This document shows, in pieces, positions 34,901-41,474 of a stretch of 41,474 nucleotides of DNA. The stretch is from Planctomycetota bacterium (lineage in GTDB: Bacteria; Planctomycetota; Planctomycetia; Pirellulales; Pirellulaceae): contig JAYVKA010000121.1 in assembly GCA_043768885.1 (NCBI GenBank), positions 1 to 41,474 of the forward strand. The letters run 5' to 3'. Made by a program: the position numbers and the translations under genes. A model generated the notes under the pieces. That model did not search any database, had not been told where the DNA came from, and saw only the letters and a list, made by a program, of their open reading frames with translations. Every line of letters begins with the position of its first letter. The first letter of the stretch is position 1.

Positions 34901-36649
34901 TCAGTCTTTTTTGTTCGGCGGAAGTTCCGACGGATCTTTCCTGTCTGGCATCTCGCCTTCCATCCTCTTTTTCTCTCCCTGTGGTTCAGAGGTGGCGTTC
35001 TCTTTTACAACTTTGGTTGGCAGGCCTTCGACATCCCCGGTCGCAGCCCGGTTGTCGATCAGGTCTTGCATGGGGAAATCTTCGGGCCATGGAATTCCCA
35101 AAAGCGTGGTCATTTGCCGAAATTCCCTGGCTGTGTCAATCATCGATTCACCGAGATCGCCCTGCGGCAGCATTGGGTACTTGTCAAACAACGCGTGATA
35201 CCTGGAAAAAACATCCAGCAAAGATGTAACGGCACCAGTCTTTGTCAGGACTTTCTTCTGGGTCGAGTAGTCAAATCTGTATTCGTCGTCGAAAATTGAC
35301 TTGCGGCGCATTTCGCTTGCGTCGTACCAGGCTTGTCGGGCCAACATGCCCTCTTCGGTTTGTTCCATCTTGCAACGGTCCACCCAATACAGGAAGTTCG
35401 CTGTCCCCTGGTATTTCTCCGTCATTTCAAGCTGGTTCGAAAGCGCATCGATTTCTGAAAGAATTCCCCTGGCCTCTGCAATATGCTCGGGAGGAAGTTG
35501 CTCAAAAATCATTTGATCAATTTTTCGCATTTCAAAATTGACCATCTCATTCAAGGCCCGGTATTTGGGCATTTCAAACTCGCCAATTGTCTCCATCGGA
35601 GAGCGTTGCATCTTGATTTGCTCAGCCGAAAACCCAAGATTTTCATAGATCGAGGGCATTTCATTTTCCCGGACATCGGGCAACATTTGGTCGAGTTTCT
35701 CCCTCAATCGGACCACGTCCTGAAACGCGCGAGACAATCCACTCAGCGTCACTTCATTGCCAATGGACGTAACGATCCGCTGATCACCGTACTCGTCCCA
35801 TTTGTCTTCGGCTTCGCGCCAAATGTCGCGGATATCGTCATCGGTGCGAAACTCGGTTTCCAGCGTGATCGCCTGGTGGCGAATTTGTGAGGGCTTTTTC
35901 ATATAGTAAACCAGGTCGTTTGTTCGCTTCGTCACGCCTTCGTTTTGGACCAGCTTTTGTGATTTGTCGTACCACCAATAGGCCATTCGCCAGTGGTCGT
36001 GCCCATAGACCGGGTGGCGAGTGTCGTAAAGATTGGGTGCGATGTACTGGGACATCCGGCTTTGGAAATCGGTGTCAGCCCGAAACATCCGGCGGTACTG
36101 GAATTTCTCGTCGGAATTCCCGATTTTCATCCCCGTAAAATCACCAAGTCCGTCCAGAATCTTGTGTTCACGCAGGTTGTACTGAATTCCGCTTGCCAAA
36201 AACTCGATTCCCTTCCGAACCCATGTGTAACGGTATTCGAAATCATCGAACTCAAGGGAGATGTTGTACGAAAGATTGTGGGCCTGAAATTCCCAGACTC
36301 GCACGAAGTTCGGCTGGATTTTGATCAGGGCGTTCAGGGTCGCCTCAAAGTTGTCCCATTCCTCCTTCTTCTTTTGTTCGTTGGCCTGTAACCACAGCAG
36401 GTTGACTGCCACGCCCCTCAGGCCCATTGTTGCCAGCTTCATTGTCTCGCTGGTCGGATCAATTTCGCTCAGCTGAGACTGCGATAGCCGGTACTCCATT
36501 CTCATTTCCGAGATGACACCGCCCGCGTCGCCACCAACGCCGGTGCCTGTCGTACTGGCTGGACGCGATATCAGCGAAACCGGTATCAACAATGCGCCAA
36601 CCAGAACAAGGTAGACGACTTTGCGAAGAAAAGGACTTAGCCGGTTCAT
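34901..36649 (-). CDS. Membrane-anchored hypothetical protein (582 aa), translationally coupled to the ABC permease
   Basis: N-terminal anchor MNRLSPFLRKVVYLVLVGALLIPVSLI, a large W/Y/F-rich helical body, and a Lys/Glu/Pro-rich tail. Its ATG (36649-47) overlaps the permease TGA (36648-46) as ATGA. I recognise no family. Confidence 0.7.
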   Translation of the reverse strand: MNRLSPFLRKVVYLVLVGALLIPVSLISRPASTTGTGVGGDAGGVISEMRMEYRLSQSQLSEIDPTSETMKLATMGLRGVAVNLLWLQANEQKKKEEWDNFEATLNALIKIQPNFVRVWEFQAHNLSYNISLEFDDFEYRYTWVRKGIEFLASGIQYNLREHKILDGLGDFTGMKIGNSDEKFQYRRMFRADTDFQSRMSQYIAPNLYDTRHPVYGHDHWRMAYWWYDKSQKLVQNEGVTKRTNDLVYYMKKPSQIRHQAITLETEFRTDDDIRDIWREAEDKWDEYGDQRIVTSIGNEVTLSGLSRAFQDVVRLREKLDQMLPDVRENEMPSIYENLGFSAEQIKMQRSPMETIGEFEMPKYRALNEMVNFEMRKIDQMIFEQLPPEHIAEARGILSEIDALSNQLEMTEKYQGTANFLYWVDRCKMEQTEEGMLARQAWYDASEMRRKSIFDDEYRFDYSTQKKVLTKTGAVTSLLDVFSRYHALFDKYPMLPQGDLGESMIDTAREFRQMTTLLGIPWPEDFPMQDLIDNRAATGDVEGLPTKVVKENATSEPQGEKKRMEGEMPDRKDPSELPPNKKD

Positions 36650-38655
36650 GTGTTACCTGCAATTTCACGGGTTTTCAATGTGAAGTAACCAATTAATGAA
36701 GACCCCGCAAAAAAGGCCAGGGCGATCAAAATGGCTACCATGATTCTGTCGTTGGATATGGAATACCCGTACGTCAAATATCTGGAAAAGTCGAGATCTG
36801 AAAAGCTTGGGGCGAGATACGTAAGCGAATTCAGCCCAACCAGAATCAACTCGTCCGTCTTGACGATCACCGTGTTGAACCAGTTGGTCTCAAGGGCCGA
36901 AACCATGTTCTCCTGTCGAATAATGCGCAAGAACGACTCAATCGGCCCACCCCCCTCCGGTCCAGTTCCTTCGGCCGTGGGAGCAAGCATTTTTCGAATA
37001 AATGGAGTGCAGAAACCGATCAGGAATATTACCAGCGAACCCAAAATGGTCACCGGCGTGCTGAGAAAAGTGCTAAGCGCGACACCGATCGATACGACCA
37101 CCATCATTTGGGCCCACAAACCCAAATAGCCTTTTACGAAGTTCCACCAGAACACGTCGTCCTGGCCCCGGAAATACAAGTCGGCACGCGCGACGCCAAT
37201 GTACTGGTTCAGGTCTTCGCAGCGCAGAATCACCTTCAGCCGATTTCCCTTGCCCCCGGCAAAATCCTCGAACAATCCATAAATCCCCGATTCCAAAATC
37301 GTTCCGTCAGGAGCGATTCGGCGGGCATTCATGCGGTCGCTGATCGGAATCGACTGGATCGTCATTTCGCGAGTCTCAAGGATCATCGGCTCGCTTTGCA
37401 ATTTGGGTTCCGTTTCCGGATCCTCCGGAATGCTTTCAAATTGCAAACTGGCAATCACCCGCTTTTGAATGTCACCCACAAACGTTCGAAAGATCGAAGG
37501 GGTCATTTCGATGACCAGTGACTCACCATCCGGAAACTGCTTCCTGGTCAGGTTTTCAAAATTGAACTCGGCACGGGACAGCGTCTCGGGAACGGCCGGA
37601 GTGCCGCCATCAATAAAGCTGCGATAATTCCATTCTTTGCCAATATTGGTTCCGCCCAGGGTTCCGGACGAGTCAAAGCAGTCCAGACCGGCGGAATAGA
37701 TTGGCCTTCGGGCGCGAAAATATCCTGCGGAATTCCCCAACTCAATGGTCGCAGATTCACCACTTCCGCTCACATTCGCCGAATGCGTGTGGCCAGACGA
37801 AGGCTGCACCATGACCCGGCGATAAACAACCTTTCCGTCAGCACGTGTGTAACTCTCAAGAATATTCTCGGAGTTCAGCGGGGGATGACTGGATGGATTG
37901 CGCACATCTTCAATCAACTCGATGTCATGTCGATGCCCGTCGTCAAATGTCGTCTCGCCCCACTGCACGGCGTTGTCTGACACGCGTCCGCCACGTGAAT
38001 TCAATCGCTGATCCGGATTGATCTCGCTCAAACTGGAAATCGCCTGCCGATCACCGGCAACCTGGTGCGTATGTGAAAGGCCCCGCCAAACGAAAATGTA
38101 ACTGACGATCCCCATCAACAACAAAAGGCCGGTCACCACGATCCCGAAGCCAAGAATTCTGCCGATCACAATTTCTGTCGCCCGTACCGGTTTCGTAACA
38201 ACGGTAAAAATCGTGTGGTTCTTGATGTCTTCGGGCAAACTGAAGGCACTAATCAACAACCCGACCAACAAGACCAGCAACTGGGTGCCAAACATCACAA
38301 AGTTGACGTAAACCCGCTCGGGATGTTCTACGTTGGTCAAAAACCATCCGCTGAACAACAGCATCGACGCAAAAATCAGAAAGGTCACAAGAATTACGCG
38401 GCGTCGCAGGGCTTCCTTTACAGCCAATCTGGAAATCGCCCAGGTGCGACGATACGACGTGCCAAGGAAATCGCCGGGTGCCGAAGCAAGGACCCCGGCA
38501 ACCGAATAAAAACCTTCAATCGGGCCGTGCCGAAAACTCGCGACCAGAAAACCGAAAATGATTCCCAAAACGCCGCCTGAAATCACCAGGGCGAGAAAGG
38601 TGAACAGGCCGCTGAACAGCCAATTCAATACGTTGGGAAAGCTCTCGACAACCAT
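36646..38655 (-). CDS. ABC-2/NosY-like transporter permease with a roughly 310-aa extracytoplasmic insertion
   Basis: The ABC-2-type start of the core is ISRLAVKEALRRRVILVTFLIF. There are 4-5 TMs before aa 190 and 4-5 after aa 500. The insert (aa ~191-500, nt ~37156-38085) carries three HxH motifs: LSHTHQV, DGHRHDI and SGHTHSA. Confidence 0.75.
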   Translation of the reverse strand: MVVESFPNVLNWLFSGLFTFLALVISGGVLGIIFGFLVASFRHGPIEGFYSVAGVLASAPGDFLGTSYRRTWAISRLAVKEALRRRVILVTFLIFASMLLFSGWFLTNVEHPERVYVNFVMFGTQLLVLLVGLLISAFSLPEDIKNHTIFTVVTKPVRATEIVIGRILGFGIVVTGLLLLMGIVSYIFVWRGLSHTHQVAGDRQAISSLSEINPDQRLNSRGGRVSDNAVQWGETTFDDGHRHDIELIEDVRNPSSHPPLNSENILESYTRADGKVVYRRVMVQPSSGHTHSANVSGSGESATIELGNSAGYFRARRPIYSAGLDCFDSSGTLGGTNIGKEWNYRSFIDGGTPAVPETLSRAEFNFENLTRKQFPDGESLVIEMTPSIFRTFVGDIQKRVIASLQFESIPEDPETEPKLQSEPMILETREMTIQSIPISDRMNARRIAPDGTILESGIYGLFEDFAGGKGNRLKVILRCEDLNQYIGVARADLYFRGQDDVFWWNFVKGYLGLWAQMMVVVSIGVALSTFLSTPVTILGSLVIFLIGFCTPFIRKMLAPTAEGTGPEGGGPIESFLRIIRQENMVSALETNWFNTVIVKTDELILVGLNSLTYLAPSFSDLDFSRYLTYGYSISNDRIMVAILIALAFFAGSSLIGYFTLKTREIAGNT

Positions 38656-38735
38656 TTCAAAATCCGGGTTTCTTGTTCGACAAAGTCTTTGAACCGGAGG
38701 CTTCTTGCCTCACAAACATCACAGCAACCACAACA

Positions 38736-39680
38736 CTATTTTCGGGCCCGTTCAGACCGGTGTCCCGGCCGTTGTTGGCTTTCCCGCACAATATCCAGGA
38801 ACAGTTCTTCCAGGGTTGTACGCGGGTTTTCAGTCGAAAGAAGCTCGCCACCATGCTTTTGGATCACATCCCGAATCTCTTTCATCGCTGCCTCAGGCAA
38901 GTTCTTTACGCGAACCTGAGTTTCATCAGTAACCTTCAGCAGCGAATCGACTCGTCCTAGTTCCTTTAGCTCACCCTGATATAAAATGGCAATCCGGTCA
39001 CAGACGTCCTGAACGTCAGCCAACAGGTGGCTGCACATGATGATCGTTTTACCCTGCTCCTTGAGTTCCAGGATCAGGTCCTTCATTTCGCGTGTACCCA
39101 GTGGGTCCAGACCGCTGGTCGGCTCGTCCAGCATGATCAGATCCGGATCGTTGATCAGGGCCTGGGCCAATCCGATCCGCCGAACCATCCCTTTCGAATA
39201 TTCACGCAGTTGTCGGCGGCGAGCGTGAGCCAACCCGACCTTTTCGATCAGTTGCCGCGATCGCTCCTTGCGAACTTTGGCCGGCATGTCAAACAGCCGC
39301 CCGTAAAAGTCCAAAGTCTCTTCCGCGTTCAGATATCTGTACAAGTATGATTCTTCGGGCAGGTAACCAATTCGTTCGTTCTTGGTGACTTCGGTCGTGT
39401 CCTTGCCAAAAACGAGCGCCCGACCGCTGGTTGGAAAAAGCAATCCCAGCAATAATTTGATCGTTGTGGATTTGCCCGAGCCGTTAGGTCCCAACAATCC
39501 AAAAATCTCGCCCTTACGCACATCCAGGTCCAGGGCGTTCAATGCACGTACTTTCTGCCGGCCCCAAAAATCGCGGTAAACCTTGGACAGGTTCTGAGTC
39601 TCGACAACCACATCCGGGTTGTAGTCCGGGTTGGTTTGCTCCAGTTTCTTGGCTTTGGACTCAGCAGTAGTTGACGCCAT
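38736..39680 (-). CDS. ABC transporter ATP-binding protein (ABC-2/DrrA-like subfamily)
   Basis: Walker [14 protein letters not shown], signature-region variant [15 protein letters not shown], Walker [13 protein letters not shown] and H-loop CSHLL. The ATG at 39680 has GAGGAG 10 nt upstream. The listed start at 39764 is probably too long. Confidence 0.9.
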   Translation of the reverse strand: MASTTAESKAKKLEQTNPDYNPDVVVETQNLSKVYRDFWGRQKVRALNALDLDVRKGEIFGLLGPNGSGKSTTIKLLLGLLFPTSGRALVFGKDTTEVTKNERIGYLPEESYLYRYLNAEETLDFYGRLFDMPAKVRKERSRQLIEKVGLAHARRRQLREYSKGMVRRIGLAQALINDPDLIMLDEPTSGLDPLGTREMKDLILELKEQGKTIIMCSHLLADVQDVCDRIAILYQGELKELGRVDSLLKVTDETQVRVKNLPEAAMKEIRDVIQKHGGELLSTENPRTTLEELFLDIVRESQQRPGHRSERARK

Positions 39681-39991
39681 TCCGTTTATGCTCCTCGCAA
39701 GTTGCGGGTGTTTCTGGGTTCCGACCGGTCCGGCAAGCACCCGCAGCGAACGGAAGAACCCCATTCAGCAACTACGAATCTCAAACACCGGTGGTTTTTT
39801 CCCGAAATCCCCATATTTTCGGGCTTCCGGAATAATGCCATGATAGAAGTACGACGAATTGCGTTCAAGTTCCCGTAGGCGGTTTGGCGACAGGATCACC
39901 GGCATTGGCCAATTTCAGTCCCATTCAATAATCGCCTGAGCCTTGCCAATCTGAATTCCCAACTGTGGTCGAGCGACGGATACCTCTCTTC

Positions 39992-41425
39992 ATGCAACGC
40001 AAATCCGGTTTGGGTCCAATCGAAAGACTGTTTGCCCGCGTCAATTACGAACGTCAACCCTGGCCATCGCGCGAAGGCCTGAAACTGGACATGATTCGCG
40101 AATTGGCCAATCGTTTGGGCGACCCCCAACTGTCTTACCCAGTTATCCACCTAGCCGGAACCAAAGGAAAAGGGACCACAACGCGATTGATTTCGGAGAT
40201 CTTCCAGGCATCGGGATTGCGGGTCGCCGCTTACACATCCCCACATCTTGAATCGTTCAATGAGCGTTTTTGTGTCGATGGAATTCCGGTCCCAATGTCC
40301 GAGGTTGAAAAAGTACTCGAGCTGATTTGGCCCCATGTCGAAGAGCTTGACCGGGATGCCCACGACAAGGAACGCCGAAGTCTGACGTTCTTCGATATTT
40401 CGACGGCTTTGGGTTTCATGATTTTCTCGCGATCGAAACCCGATCTTGTCGTCCTGGAAACAGGGCTTGGTGGACGCCTCGATTCCACGAATATTTGCCA
40501 ACCAGCCGTCACGGTTATCACATCGATCAGCCTCGACCACTGCCGTCAACTGGGAAACAACCTGACCGACATCGCATCCGAAAAGGCGGGAATCATCAAG
40601 GCTGGTGTGCCCGTCATCTGTGGAGTTCCGGAGAATACAGCCCCCGCCAACCGGATCGGAGAAATCGCTGAACAGCGAAATGCAACGCTCATTCAGATCG
40701 GACGAGATTTTGATTGCAACGCTATTTCGTTGGCTCAAAATTCAACCAGTTTTTCGACCAACGGAAAATCCTGTTTGGGGAAGACGTACCAATATCGCGA
40801 TCTGGAACTCAAACAATTTGGCGAACATTCCGCTGCGAACGCTGCGATTGCAATTGCCGCATCCCATGCCTTCCGTGATGTGTCTGGTCGTGATTTTTCG
40901 GCCTCGCAGGTTCGATTCGCCTGCTCTCGACCCGGCTTGCCTGGCCGCATCGAAGTCGTCTCGCAAAAGCCGTTGGTGATTTTGGACGTCGCTCACAATC
41001 CAGCATCGGCCGAAGCCCTGGTAACGACTTTGAATCAACAGCTGGAAGGATGGACGCAAGCCAAAATCCGGACTTTTCTCGTTTCCATCAGCCGTGACAA
41101 AGACCAACCGGAAATCATTCGGCGTTTGTTGCCATGTGCCGATCGAATCGTCTTCACCCAATTCCGGGATAATCCACGAGCGACCGATCCAGTCACATTG
41201 GCCGATCTGGCGTGCGACATTGCAACTGCTGAATTGTCGCCCGGTCAACCTGGTATCCGAATCGATATTGAGATGGATCCCGTTCAGGCGTGGATGCAGA
41301 TTGCGGCAGGGTGCCGGCCCGACCATGCCATTTGTGTGACGGGTTCCATTTTCCTGGTTGCAGAGCTTCGGCATTACGTACAAAAGGCATTTCAACAGAA
41401 TCAGAACCACTCCGTCCAGGGATGA
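39992..41425 (+). CDS. folC: Bifunctional folylpolyglutamate synthase / dihydrofolate synthase (Mur-ligase family)
   Basis: P-loop IHLAGTKGKGTT, TSPHL, ETGLGGRLDSTN, SISLDH and AGIIK, plus a C-terminal Mur-ligase domain (LDVAHNPASAEAL). The ATG at 39992 is preferred over the listed GTG at 39965. Confidence 0.85.
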   Translation: MQRKSGLGPIERLFARVNYERQPWPSREGLKLDMIRELANRLGDPQLSYPVIHLAGTKGKGTTTRLISEIFQASGLRVAAYTSPHLESFNERFCVDGIPVPMSEVEKVLELIWPHVEELDRDAHDKERRSLTFFDISTALGFMIFSRSKPDLVVLETGLGGRLDSTNICQPAVTVITSISLDHCRQLGNNLTDIASEKAGIIKAGVPVICGVPENTAPANRIGEIAEQRNATLIQIGRDFDCNAISLAQNSTSFSTNGKSCLGKTYQYRDLELKQFGEHSAANAAIAIAASHAFRDVSGRDFSASQVRFACSRPGLPGRIEVVSQKPLVILDVAHNPASAEALVTTLNQQLEGWTQAKIRTFLVSISRDKDQPEIIRRLLPCADRIVFTQFRDNPRATDPVTLADLACDIATAELSPGQPGIRIDIEMDPVQAWMQIAAGCRPDHAICVTGSIFLVAELRHYVQKAFQQNQNHSVQG

Positions 41426-41426
41426 C

Positions 41427-41474
41427 ATGGATCATTGCCTCGCAGAAATTATTTCGGTCGGCGACGAAATGACA
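41427..41474 (+). CDS. cinA: Start of a CinA-like/molybdopterin-binding-domain protein; the 3' end lies outside the window
   Basis: An ATG 1 nt after the folC stop opens MDHCLAEIISVGDEMT, which resembles the conserved CinA N-terminus (..AEIISVGxEll.G). Only 16 codons are visible. Confidence 0.4.
   Translation, partial: MDHCLAEIISVGDEMT

Noticed and set aside
39150-39200. The degenerate ABC signature YSKGM, in place of LSGGQ, as evidence of a non-catalytic ATPase.
   Set aside because: From memory, S-K/G-G-M variants are normal in the DrrA/NatA-like ABC-2 ATPase subfamily. Walker A, Walker B and the H-loop are all intact.
1-41474. CRISPR arrays, tRNA/rRNA genes, IS elements, integrases, toxin-antitoxin pairs and recognisable defence genes.
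   Set aside because: Reading the intergenic regions and the ORF translations turned up no regularly spaced direct repeats, cloverleaf-like segments, DDE/tyrosine-recombinase motifs or nuclease/RT/helicase defence signatures. Only a tRNAscan, Infernal or PADLOC run could exclude them formally.

Overview
This 41.5-kb chromosomal segment looks planctomycetal. The indicators are a DUF1559/prepilin-signal paralogue, a PEP-CTERM protein, Tad pilus motor genes, many glycosyltransferases, frequent TTG/GTG starts and a GC content that looks mid-50s % by eye. I support about 37 protein genes. By eye I found no rRNA, tRNA, CRISPR array, transposase or integrase.

Gene content, left to right:
- fused E1 alpha/beta plus E2 of a 2-oxoacid dehydrogenase
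- DUF1559 pseudopilin-like protein
- an interrupted NhaP-like antiporter
- PEP-CTERM protein
- thrS-infC
- GT4, an orphan 292-aa protein, a divergent SurA-like PPIase, and a second GT4
- algH-like gene
- cpaF-tadB-tadC plus a secreted orphan
- argB-argF
- a 1125-aa FAAL-ACP-alpha-oxoamine-synthase fusion with a divergent hotdog thioesterase
- tsaC/sua5 and a TPR protein
- a long minus-strand run: ABC ATPase, giant NosY-like permease, 582-aa orphan, GT-B-like coiled-coil protein, Sulfotransfer_2-type sulfotransferase, GT4, GT2 and two small orphans
- folC and the first codons of a cinA-like gene

Most interesting items:
1. The self-contained FAAL-ACP-AOS enzyme, predicted to make a sphingoid-like long-chain amino-ketone.
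2. A sulfotransferase-containing glycan cluster contiguous with an unusual ABC exporter module.
3. The exporter itself, whose permease carries a roughly 310-aa insert with three HxH motifs and is translationally coupled to an orphan protein.

All calls come from motif recognition by eye. No database search was run.
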